A program made the translations under genes and the position numbers. The notes beneath the pieces were generated by a model that was given only the letters and a program-made list of their open reading frames with translations, searched no databases and had not been told where the DNA came from. Below, piece after piece: positions 55,720 through 64,000 of a stretch of DNA of 64,000 nucleotides. Positions within the stretch are counted from its first letter, which is position 1; every line of letters begins with the position of its first letter. The DNA is from an uncultured Gemmatimonadaceae bacterium (lineage in GTDB: Bacteria > Gemmatimonadota > Gemmatimonadetes > Gemmatimonadales > Gemmatimonadaceae), in NCBI GenBank assembly GCA_963781585.1, contig CAWAGQ010000003.1, forward strand, positions 64,001-128,000. The letters run 5' to 3'.

Positions 55720-56601
55720 TCACCAACTCCCGCTTGAGCCACCGCCGCTGAAACCGCCTCCGCCTCCAAATCCGCCGAATCCGCCGCCGCCCCCGAAGCT
55801 GCCGCCTCCAAATCCACCGCCACCCCCACCCCCGCCCCATCCGCCACCCCAGTACGAGCGTCGCCGGCGGCCGCTGAGCTGCGACGCCAGCATGAGGGTG
55901 AGGCAGCCATTGCATCCGGTCCGTCCGCCGCGCCGGCGCCCGGCCACGCTCGTCAACAGCACGAAGATCACCACGAACACCAGGAGCACAGCCCCCGGCG
56001 GAATCCCTCTCGCTCCCGGCGATCGGGGAGTGCGAGGACCTGCTTGCGGCGGTAAAACCGCGGTATCCAGCGAAAACTGAAACTCCGCCGCGAAACGCTC
56101 CGCCACGCGGCGCGCGATCAGCAGCAGGGCGCCGTCGTAGTCCTGGCGCTGGAAGTATGGGATTGCTTCCCGTTGAATATCGCCCGTCTCTGCGTCGGTC
56201 AGAAAACCCTCGCTCCCCCGGCCGGTCTCGATCCGGATCTGTCCCCGGCCGTCGGAGCTCGTCTCCTTGGGCACCACCAGGATCACCACGCCGGCGTTGC
56301 GGGCCCGATTGCCGATCGCCGCGTTGGACCCCACCCCCCATTGTCGGCCGATCTGCAGCGCCACCTGCGCCACATCGCGCCCACCCAGATCGGGGAGCGT
56401 AGCCACTGCCATCTCGCCGCCCGATTTCTCGTGTACATCGAAGGCGATCCGGTTGATCCGGTCGATCGTCCCCTGCGAGAGGACGTGCGCGGAATCGACC
56501 ACGATCTCGGCCGCCGCAGTGCCGAATCCACGCGGAGGTGCCGGGACCTGGATCTGCTGCGGGGCCAACATGGTCACCAGGCCCAGCATCAGGCCCCTCA
56601 T
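55720..56601 (-). CDS. TPM-domain (YgcG-like) membrane protein with Gly-rich tail
   Basis: VVDSA..LS, W.VG, NAGV.ILV, RIETG.G.EG.LTD, one TM helix, GGGGFSGGGSSGSW. Confidence 0.92.
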   Translation of the reverse strand: MRGLMLGLVTMLAPQQIQVPAPPRGFGTAAAEIVVDSAHVLSQGTIDRINRIAFDVHEKSGGEMAVATLPDLGGRDVAQVALQIGRQWGVGSNAAIGNRARNAGVVILVVPKETSSDGRGQIRIETGRGSEGFLTDAETGDIQREAIPYFQRQDYDGALLLIARRVAERFAAEFQFSLDTAVLPPQAGPRTPRSPGARGIPPGAVLLVFVVIFVLLTSVAGRRRGGRTGCNGCLTLMLASQLSGRRRRSYWGGGWGGGGGGGGFGGGSFGGGGGFGGFGGGGGFSGGGSSGSW

Positions 56602-56775
56602 CGAGGGGCCTCGCGACTGATCAGAAGTGAGACCGGGGCGATAGTGGTCACGCGGGGATCGATAGCAGCTTGAAGTGCGGCTGTGACGCGCCGCGGTGGC
56701 ACGCCGTCCGCCCTCGGGTAGGTGTATGTTTCCACGACACTCAACAATACGAAACCGACAGTCGGGGTGTTTCCG

Positions 56776-57474
56776 ATGCGGCTACAATCGAGATTGCTCG
56801 GGCTTGTCTGTGCTGCCACGTTGACGGGATGCGCCGGCGGAGCCGACGCCCGGTCCGACTCTGCGATGAAGCCGGCCGCCGAAGCCACGCCGCCTGCCGC
56901 GCGAGACGCCCCCGATCCGCGCGTCAAGCGTGCAGACCTCGCGCGCATCACCGGCGACTCGTCGGCCCGTATCTGGCTCGTGATCCTGAGCGACTTCGAG
57001 TGCCCGTACTGCAAGGAGTGGCACGATGTAACCTATCCCGCAATCAGGCGGGAGTACGTCGAGCCCGGGAAGGTCCGCGTCGCCTACGTGAACTTCCCCA
57101 TGCCCATGCATCCGAACGCCGTCCCCGCCGCCGAAGCCGCGATGTGCGCCGGCGCGCAGGACCGCTTCTGGTCGTACCATGATAGCCTCTTCGCGACGCA
57201 GAACGAGTGGGCGTCGATGCCGAATCCGCAGCCGGTGTTCGATCGGCTGGGAGCGGCACTGCAGCTCGATGCCGCATCGTTTTCCGAGTGCCGCAGCAAC
57301 CATGTCATGCTTCCGATGATCCAGGCCGACCGGCGGCGCGGGGACGCTGCCGCGGTGAATGGCACTCCGACATTCCTCGTTGGCGGACGCAAGATCGTCG
57401 GAGCCGCGCCGTTTTCGGAGTTTCAGAAGACGCTCGACGCGGTCCTTTCGGAGGCGGCGCGCAAGGGACGGTAG
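56776..57474 (+). CDS. DsbA/BdbD-like thioredoxin-fold lipoprotein
   Basis: LTGC lipobox, SDFECPYC, H..A..AA.AA.CA, GTPTF. Confidence 0.9.
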   Translation: MRLQSRLLGLVCAATLTGCAGGADARSDSAMKPAAEATPPAARDAPDPRVKRADLARITGDSSARIWLVILSDFECPYCKEWHDVTYPAIRREYVEPGKVRVAYVNFPMPMHPNAVPAAEAAMCAGAQDRFWSYHDSLFATQNEWASMPNPQPVFDRLGAALQLDAASFSECRSNHVMLPMIQADRRRGDAAAVNGTPTFLVGGRKIVGAAPFSEFQKTLDAVLSEAARKGR

Positions 57475-57477
57475 CTC

Positions 57478-58761
57478 GTGCACCCGGCTCTACGTCTGGC
57501 GTACGGCACCGCGGGCCAGCTTGCACGTGCGGCCGCGGTAATCGTTCCGCCGGGCGACGCCAAATGGCGTCGTTCTCTGCGCGCTCGTCGCGGCATCAGG
57601 GCGCGGTACGCGGCCTGGTCGGGCCGACGTGACCTGGGGCGCCCGCTGCTCTGGATGCACGCGCCATCGGTGGGAGAGGGCCTTCAGGCGCGGGTTGTCC
57701 TCGACCTGATCCGCGATCGGCGACCCGACGTGCAACTTGCCTACACGTTCTACTCTCCGAGTGCCGAAGTCTTCGCGCGCTCGCTGGCGGTGGACTTCTC
57801 CGACTACCTCCCGTTCGACACGCCCGGCGACGCGCGGGCCGCCCTCGACGCCTTGCGTCCCACGGCCCTCGTTTTCAGCAAGGTAGATGTGTGGCCGGTC
57901 CTCGTCGATCAGGCCACCCGCCGGAGAATCCGCATTGGTCTGATCAGCGGAACGCTGTCGGCTGCATCTGCCAGACAGGGGAGCCTCGCCGCGGGACTGT
58001 TGCGCGAATCGTACCGCAGACTCGATCGGGTTGGGGCAGTCTCGCAGACAGATGCCGACCGGCTCGTGGCGCTCGGTGTTCTGCCAGAGCACATCAGGAT
58101 CTCGGGGGACACGCGATACGATCAGGCCTTGCAGCGGGCACGCAGCGTGGACCGCGCCGCACCGCTTCTCGCCGGGCTCGATTCGCGCCGCGTGACCCTG
58201 GTGGCCGGCTCGACGTGGCCCGCCGACGAAGCCGTTCTCCTCGAGGCCTGGAACGCGGTGCGTCGCGAAGTCGGCAACGCGCGGCTGATCATCGCGCCCC
58301 ACGAACCGTCGGCGACCCACCTGGAGTCGGTGGAGGCCTGGGCCTCGGGACATGGGCTTCGCGCGGAGCGCCTGCGCGCAACGGCTGTCGGGGCAGCTGA
58401 CGTGGTGCTCGTGGACAGGGTTGGGGTGCTGGGCGAGCTCTATGCCCTGGCTGATGCGGCATTCGTTGGCGGCGGCTTTCATGGAGCGGGCCTGCACTCC
58501 GTTCTCGAACCGGCTGCGTTCGGCGTTCCGGTCGCGTTCGGCCCGCGGCACCAGGGCAACCGCGATGCACAGCTCCTCATCGATCGCGGTGGGGGCGAGA
58601 GCGTCTCTACCGTGGATGACACCATCGAGCTTCTGCTGCAATGGCTGGGCGACAGATCCCTGCGCGCAAGCGCAGGCAATCAGGCTCGCGCCCTTGTGGA
58701 GAGCGGTGTTGGGGCGGCGGATCGATCGTTCCAGCTGGTGATGGACTTGCTGGAGCCGTGA
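57478..58761 (+). CDS. waaA: 3-deoxy-D-manno-octulosonate transferase
   Basis: WMHAPSVGE, YLPFD, GDTRYD, AGSTW, APHE, G.LGELY, FVGGGF, HSVLEPA. Confidence 0.9.
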   Translation: MHPALRLAYGTAGQLARAAAVIVPPGDAKWRRSLRARRGIRARYAAWSGRRDLGRPLLWMHAPSVGEGLQARVVLDLIRDRRPDVQLAYTFYSPSAEVFARSLAVDFSDYLPFDTPGDARAALDALRPTALVFSKVDVWPVLVDQATRRRIRIGLISGTLSAASARQGSLAAGLLRESYRRLDRVGAVSQTDADRLVALGVLPEHIRISGDTRYDQALQRARSVDRAAPLLAGLDSRRVTLVAGSTWPADEAVLLEAWNAVRREVGNARLIIAPHEPSATHLESVEAWASGHGLRAERLRATAVGAADVVLVDRVGVLGELYALADAAFVGGGFHGAGLHSVLEPAAFGVPVAFGPRHQGNRDAQLLIDRGGGESVSTVDDTIELLLQWLGDRSLRASAGNQARALVESGVGAADRSFQLVMDLLEP

Positions 58762-58876
58762 CGACCACCTGCCCGTCCGCACGCCTGCCTTCGCGCTGAG
58801 CGGGAAGTTCGGGCACTCGACGACGAATGCGACGCCACCTCGAGACCGGATCGCTCGGCGGCGCTTCGAGCTGCTG

Positions 58877-59527
58877 CTACGGCCGAGATCGCGACAGTCC
58901 GGACGCCGTCCAGGCGAGCGAAATCCCGAAGCCATCGTCCCACCCTTCCGACCCGGTGAACAGCGCGCTGGCGCGGATGGCGAGGGTTCTGGTGAGCTCG
59001 AAGCTCGCGCCGAGGTCGAAATCGACGTTCAGATCAGAGTTGTCACGGCGTCCGCTCCGAACATCGACCGAGACGCGCGGATGCACGTACGGCGTGAGCG
59101 CCATGCCGCCCGTCAGGTCGAAGCGGTGCCCGACCGACACGCCGACCGGCATGCGGAACAGGCGGTAGTCCCCGACCGCGAGGTAGGCGCCAAAGGTGAA
59201 CAGGAAATCGAGCGGCATGTCCGCGCTGGACCGGGTGAGCTGCCGCGCGTACTGCCCCCCGACGAAGACCATGGCGTCGGAGTGCGGCGTATTCGGATCG
59301 GCCAGGCCGGCATCGAGAGAAAGCTGGTTCGGCGCGCCAACCTGCTCACGCCACTGAAAAAGCAGTGTGGTCCCCGCGTTTCCAGCGTCTGCGACTCCGA
59401 AGTTGAATTCGCGCGAAGTCACCCGCGGCGGCTGGAAGGCGGGATAGGCCCACGCCTGTGCCTGACCGGACGAGGCGGCGGAGACAGCGAGGCAGAGCGC
59501 ACCCAGGACAACGCGAGATCGAGACAT
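58877..59527 (-). CDS. Exported beta-barrel-like hypothetical protein
   Basis: Signal peptide ending AQA; alternating beta-strand pattern; terminal GISLAW. Confidence 0.65.
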   Translation of the reverse strand: MSRSRVVLGALCLAVSAASSGQAQAWAYPAFQPPRVTSREFNFGVADAGNAGTTLLFQWREQVGAPNQLSLDAGLADPNTPHSDAMVFVGGQYARQLTRSSADMPLDFLFTFGAYLAVGDYRLFRMPVGVSVGHRFDLTGGMALTPYVHPRVSVDVRSGRRDNSDLNVDFDLGASFELTRTLAIRASALFTGSEGWDDGFGISLAWTASGLSRSRP

Positions 59528-59627
59528 TGAAGGTCCGAAGTCAGTGAGCGGTTTGCGTACACGCGCGGCGCGGCACGCCGCCAGATCGTCGAAGGCGAAA
59601 ATTGCCCGTGGCGACTCACTGCTTCTT

Positions 59628-59673
59628 AAAAAGCTGACCGCGGCGGCACCAGTGCTTTGGCGCCGCCGCGGTC
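59628..59673 (-). terminator. Rho-independent terminator of the SusC/SusD operon
   Basis: GACCGCGGCGGC..GCCGCCGCGGTC stem with a U-tract on the minus strand. Confidence 0.7.
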
Positions 59674-59702
59674 CGGGACGAACCGCAGATATCCGAGCTC
59701 TG

Positions 59703-60545
59703 CTATTGCGGACGACGATCTACGATGTACACGATCGTCGGATTGGCGTTGGTGCCGGTTTGCCCGGCCGCGCTGCCAACGGTCGTTCTGCCGAAGACCA
59801 GGGCGGTCATGACCGATCCCGGCTCGTTCGACCCACCGATCGCGGACCCGGTCAGCGCGGGGTCGGCGTCCACTCCGGTCTGCGCCAACACGTTCGCCAG
59901 TACCGGTGTGATGGTGCCGGCTGCCGTTGCGCGCATGGCCAGTCCGCCGGTAGCGCGGGTTACGTAGCCCGTTCCGCCGAGAAACGCCACTCCCGAGAAC
60001 ATGGGAGTCGCCGGCGTCGCGTCGCCCGTGGCGGTCGTCGCAAAGACGTCGACCGAACCGGGGGCGCCGGTATTGAGTCCCGGCCCCAGATTGATGACGC
60101 GAAGCGCGATGCTCGCTCCCGGATCCGGGAAATCGTCCTCAAACACGACGAGCTTGTCCGCCATCGGATCGGAGTCAGCACGTCTGGCAAGCCCCACATG
60201 GACAATCGTGTAGTACTTGTTTGCCTCGAAGGTGAGCGTCGCGTCCTGCACGATCTGGGACGTGATCGAGATGTTGGTGCTCGTGGGGAAGATGCGCAGG
60301 TGTCTCGCGCCCGGAGCGGTCCCCTGATACGGCGTGAATCCCCGGTACGCCTGGCCCAGCGCAAAAGGTGAATTCGCGACCGCGTCGATGAAGCGCCAGT
60401 CCATTGCACCCGTATCAGGAACGGCGCTCACGAAACGCGTGTACGCGAGCGGAACCACCGGGGCCAGGAAGGGTCCCTTGTCGTGCGAGCATGCCGTCAC
60501 CAGCACTGCCGACGTGATCGCCAGCCCAACTCTTTTTACGTTCAT
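59703..60545 (-). CDS. DUF4397-like lipoprotein
   Basis: GAGGAG RBS, VTAC lipobox, AYTRFVSAVPD, YYTI, LRVIN, VDVF. Confidence 0.7.
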   Translation of the reverse strand: MNVKRVGLAITSAVLVTACSHDKGPFLAPVVPLAYTRFVSAVPDTGAMDWRFIDAVANSPFALGQAYRGFTPYQGTAPGARHLRIFPTSTNISITSQIVQDATLTFEANKYYTIVHVGLARRADSDPMADKLVVFEDDFPDPGASIALRVINLGPGLNTGAPGSVDVFATTATGDATPATPMFSGVAFLGGTGYVTRATGGLAMRATAAGTITPVLANVLAQTGVDADPALTGSAIGGSNEPGSVMTALVFGRTTVGSAAGQTGTNANPTIVYIVDRRPQ

Positions 60546-60600
60546 TCGCACTGCTCCTCCTCGGAGTAGGTCGAGATCCAGTCTGCTTTCCGAAAGTCGG

Positions 60601-61092
60601 TTACCTGATACCGCTCCAGACCCGTGATTGCGCTGGTCCGCCCGAATCCGGCTCCTGTGGACCCGTGGCGTCGGGGGCGCCAATCAGTCCTACCGATTTC
60701 GCCAGCATGACCATCGCCACGGTAGCTCCCCCTGCCAGCAAATAGGTGCGTGCATTCGACAACTTGCGCTCCAGCACACCGCCGACAAAGTCCCGGTTGA
60801 TGCGAACCCTCTCACCACTCCAGCGCGTGGTTTCGCCGTTGAGCTGCGCCACACGCCAGACATCCATGACGTACTGGTCCGAATCGTCACCGGTGACAGT
60901 CCCCTCGAGCCGCAGGACTCCCCCACCCATCCGATCGAAAAGCGCCACCCGTCCGCGGTCCGTGAGCTCGAACGCAACGCGCTTCCCCGCCGGAGGCGCT
61001 GCCGGGTTGTCCACCGGGACATAGACATAGCACCCGGCCAACATTGGCACCGCTCCGGCGGTTGCGAACCACAATCTCCAACTGCGTGACAT
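60601..61092 (-). CDS. Hypothetical lipoprotein
   Basis: LAGC lipobox then YVYVPV; C-terminal hydrophobic helix. Confidence 0.72.
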   Translation of the reverse strand: MSRSWRLWFATAGAVPMLAGCYVYVPVDNPAAPPAGKRVAFELTDRGRVALFDRMGGGVLRLEGTVTGDDSDQYVMDVWRVAQLNGETTRWSGERVRINRDFVGGVLERKLSNARTYLLAGGATVAMVMLAKSVGLIGAPDATGPQEPDSGGPAQSRVWSGIR

Positions 61093-61098
61093 CTGAAA

Positions 61099-62757
61099 TC
61101 ACCGAATCTCGAATCCGTAAAGGCTCGCCGGGGAGCTGTAGATTCCACCGCCACCGACGTTGTAGTAGTGCGCCTCGGCGGTCGCGCCATACCGCGCGTC
61201 GAGCTCCGACACCGAGACGGGATACATGAGCGGAGTGGCTTCATACAGATTCTGCCACCCGCGACTGTCAAAGAACCACGCGCCGAGCCACTGCATGCCC
61301 GTTTCCATGCGCTTCTCATATTTCATCGCTTCCATGAGGTTGGCGCACTGCGTGCTGCTGAAGCTGGGACCTACCGGAACGCGCGGCACGCAATTCGGGC
61401 CGGGGATCAACTGAGTGGTTGAGGTCACAACCCCCGAAAGCGCCGGGAGTCCACCCCTCGCCACGCGCGTGTTGTCGATCAGCGCGGCGGCGGCGTTGGC
61501 GTTCCCGGTCCTGATGTACCCTTCGGCCGCGAGCATGTCGACTTCGGCCTTCATGAACTCGGGGACCGACCCGGTGTTTCCGGCCGCCTGGTAATACTGG
61601 AACCGCTGCCAGCTGTAATACGACTGCCCCCAGTTCTGCCCCGGGGAGTCCTGCACATTGTTCCGGATATAGGGGCGAGAGAGATACGATCCCGGAGCAA
61701 CAGAGGCGTCCTGCTGCTCTTTGCGCGTCGCCCCAGCCGGCCAACGCAGATCGCTGGTCTGAAGCAGGAAGAGCGGCCGGTTGTCCTTCGGTGTCGCCAG
61801 CCAGCCATCCCACTGACCGGTGTTGTCTGCGCCGCCAAGAATCATCATCGTCAGCTGGTGCCATCCGGCGTCGACATACGCCTGCGACCCCTGCCACCCG
61901 AAACTCCAGCCGGTCGAGCCGCCAACATTCACCGTCACGTCGGCGCTAATGCCATTGGTTGCGTCGGCGATCACTGCGGCCCAATCGACGGCATCGCGCT
62001 CCGCCTTCGAGCGCGCCACGTCGGCGCGAATACGCGCCTTCCAGGACCGCATCAGGCGTACGAAATCGGCCTTGCTCAGCGTCGTGCCGCTCATCCAGGC
62101 CGGTAATGTCGGGAAACCACCACTCCCCGAGGCCGCCGGCAAGTTCGCCATCGCGATGGCGGAATCGAGGTTCGCCAAAGCCGCGGCGGCCACATCCTGG
62201 TATCCACTCAGCGGCGGAACCGAATCGCTCGGCATGATGTGATTGACAATGGCTGCCGAATCAAACGTCAACGCCAGGTACCCGAGGTTGCACGCAACGT
62301 CGAAGAACCCGAACGCGCGTGCGCGCGCATCCTGACCCGGTGTTCCGATCGTCCCGCCCGCCTTGGTGAGGCGGTCGAGGGCAGCAATGGCGTTCGCTGC
62401 GTTGCGCGAATAGTTGGCGAAGTTGTTCCAGGTGCCGCTAGCGAGCGTCTGCGTTGCCTTGGTGTTGATCAACGGCGGGCGCGGAATCGCGCTGACCGGA
62501 CCCATGTTGTAGTTGTTCAGCCCCGAGAAGATCTCGAAGCTCATCGCCTGCATCTGCTGGAAGGCGTTCGTGTTGAGCGCCTGGTTACGGCATTGCTGGT
62601 ATCCCGATCCGATAGCGGCCTCGATCGAAGAGGGCTGCGAATAGACCCGGACGATGTCCGGATTCTGCAGATTGTCCGCCGTCAGGGGGTCCTTACAGGC
62701 CGTCACCGTCGCCACACAGCACGCCGACGCCGCAAGAACTCTAACCCACGTTGTCAT
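61099..62757 (-). CDS. SusD/RagB-like lipoprotein
   Basis: VTAC lipobox, helical body, AE..M..AEG..R, YEKRME, FFD.RGW, P.P..E; directly downstream of a SusC-like gene. Confidence 0.8.
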   Translation of the reverse strand: MTTWVRVLAASACCVATVTACKDPLTADNLQNPDIVRVYSQPSSIEAAIGSGYQQCRNQALNTNAFQQMQAMSFEIFSGLNNYNMGPVSAIPRPPLINTKATQTLASGTWNNFANYSRNAANAIAALDRLTKAGGTIGTPGQDARARAFGFFDVACNLGYLALTFDSAAIVNHIMPSDSVPPLSGYQDVAAAALANLDSAIAMANLPAASGSGGFPTLPAWMSGTTLSKADFVRLMRSWKARIRADVARSKAERDAVDWAAVIADATNGISADVTVNVGGSTGWSFGWQGSQAYVDAGWHQLTMMILGGADNTGQWDGWLATPKDNRPLFLLQTSDLRWPAGATRKEQQDASVAPGSYLSRPYIRNNVQDSPGQNWGQSYYSWQRFQYYQAAGNTGSVPEFMKAEVDMLAAEGYIRTGNANAAAALIDNTRVARGGLPALSGVVTSTTQLIPGPNCVPRVPVGPSFSSTQCANLMEAMKYEKRMETGMQWLGAWFFDSRGWQNLYEATPLMYPVSVSELDARYGATAEAHYYNVGGGGIYSSPASLYGFEIR

Positions 62758-62782
62758 TTCGTATCCTCGTTGTGGGGTCGTG

Positions 62783-62816
62783 ATGGGGTGGAAGGAATGG
62801 CTCCCTTCCACCCCAT
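62783..62816. promoter_or_regulatory. 13-bp intercistronic hairpin between the SusC-like and SusD-like genes
   Basis: ATGGGGTGGAAGG / CCTTCCACCCCAT; no U-tract. Confidence 0.6.
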
Positions 62817-62825
62817 GGCGAACGG

Positions 62826-64000
62826 TTAGAAGCGAGTCGTAAGCGTGATCGTGAACGTACGGGTCGGCGGGTAGCCGAAGCTCGTGGTGGCGCCCACCGC
62901 ATCGGAGCTGACCGCGCCACCGCCGGCGCCGGACCCTACTTCTGGATCCCATCCCAGGTAATCGGTGATGGTCCAGAGATTCCGCCCGTCCGCACTGATG
63001 CTCCAATCGCCCACTCCACGGACCGGTCCCACGTTGTACGACAGGCTCACCTCACGCAGCTTCGTAAACGACCCCTTCTGAATCGTGATGTTGTTGCCGC
63101 CGAGCGCGTCGTACATGCCGCCCGTGCCGTTGTTGTTCTCCGGCGACGTACCGCGCCAGTAGTACCCCATCGGCTTCGCGGTCTCGACGGTCTTCCCATC
63201 CTGGTCTTCCCAGCGGACGTTGAAGTCGCCGAGCGACCAGTGAATCTCGTTGTTGTACAGGCGGTTGCCGTAGCTGCCATCCACCAGCGCGTACAGCGTG
63301 ATCCGCTTGTAGTTGAAGTTCTGCGAGAGCGACAGGTGGAAGTCCGGAAGCGTGTTGCCCGAGTGCACGAGAATCTCGGCGCCCGAGGAATCCCGCTGCC
63401 CCATCAGCATCCCCCAGTGCATGGTGTTCTGGCCCATCGGCGTCTGCACCACTCCACCGGCGTTGAGACAGTTGACGATGCCCGTCTGACTGACGTTCAC
63501 GCCGTTGACCTGGCACCCGTTCAGCTGCGACTGCCACAGGTTCTTGGTGATCCCTTCACCCGGATCGTAGCCACCGGTCCACACCAGGAACCCATCGCTG
63601 TTCAGCTGATACGACTTGCCGGCGCCGCAGTCCGACTGGAAGTCCGTCGGCAACTCCGAGCATGCGCGCAGGAAGTGCTTCCCCCACAACTGCCCGATCC
63701 GCTCGCCCACCCGGAACTGGAACTGCGTGTTGCTGTTGGAGTCGGTGTAGCGCGTAAACGGCGGTACATCGAGGCCGGTGATGACGCTGCGCGTGCGGTC
63801 GTACGAAATCCGCGACGTCCACACCACGTTCCGGCTCGTAACCAACGGCACGTTCAACGATGCTTCCCACGTCTTCCCATCCAGCTGCCCCGCGTTCCGC
63901 CACTGCGTGCTGAATCCCGACGACGACGACACCGGCACCGACAACATCTGATCCTTCGTGATGTCCCGCGCATACGTCAGCGTCAGCCCGTACTTGCTGA
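62826..64000 (-). CDS. SusC/RagA-family TonB-dependent receptor (5' part outside window)
   Basis: WRNAG.L, SF.KLREVSLSY, GRNLWT.T.Y.G.DPE, YPP.RT, C-terminal F. Confidence 0.9.
   Translation of the reverse strand, partial: SKYGLTLTYARDITKDQMLSVPVSSSSGFSTQWRNAGQLDGKTWEASLNVPLVTSRNVVWTSRISYDRTRSVITGLDVPPFTRYTDSNSNTQFQFRVGERIGQLWGKHFLRACSELPTDFQSDCGAGKSYQLNSDGFLVWTGGYDPGEGITKNLWQSQLNGCQVNGVNVSQTGIVNCLNAGGVVQTPMGQNTMHWGMLMGQRDSSGAEILVHSGNTLPDFHLSLSQNFNYKRITLYALVDGSYGNRLYNNEIHWSLGDFNVRWEDQDGKTVETAKPMGYYWRGTSPENNNGTGGMYDALGGNNITIQKGSFTKLREVSLSYNVGPVRGVGDWSISADGRNLWTITDYLGWDPEVGSGAGGGAVSSDAVGATTSFGYPPTRTFTITLTTRF

Overview
GC-rich bacterial chromosomal window, most likely Gemmatimonadota (inferred from gene order, a SusC/SusD pair outside Bacteroidota, RicT-MetG, waaA and Ig-like lipoproteins). 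It is mostly core genome: aminotransferase, tdk, folE, coaE, gcvH/gcvP, a peptide ABC transporter plus a POT transporter, glycosyltransferases, lipA-pdhABC-lpdA-lipB, a UvrD-like helicase, dnaE-accA, ricT-metG, a LemA/TPM cluster, DsbA-waaA and a SusC/SusD locus. No rRNA, tRNA, CRISPR array, transposase or integrase was seen. The best candidate for an undescribed system is at the left edge: a tandem DUF2283-like protein, a stand-alone Lrp/AsnC ligand-binding domain and a NurA-like nuclease, linked by stop/start overlaps and followed by a HerA-type ATPase that the ORF track misses. Other notable items: a DeaD-like pseudo-helicase without catalytic motifs; an in-frame, inverted-repeat-bounded palindromic insert in lipB; a family of intergenic 7-bp tandem repeats carrying stop codons on the sense strand; a multiply frameshifted Ig-like surface lipoprotein gene with a long structured leader; and several apparent non-canonical coupled starts. 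All family calls come from reading motifs by eye, not from database searches.
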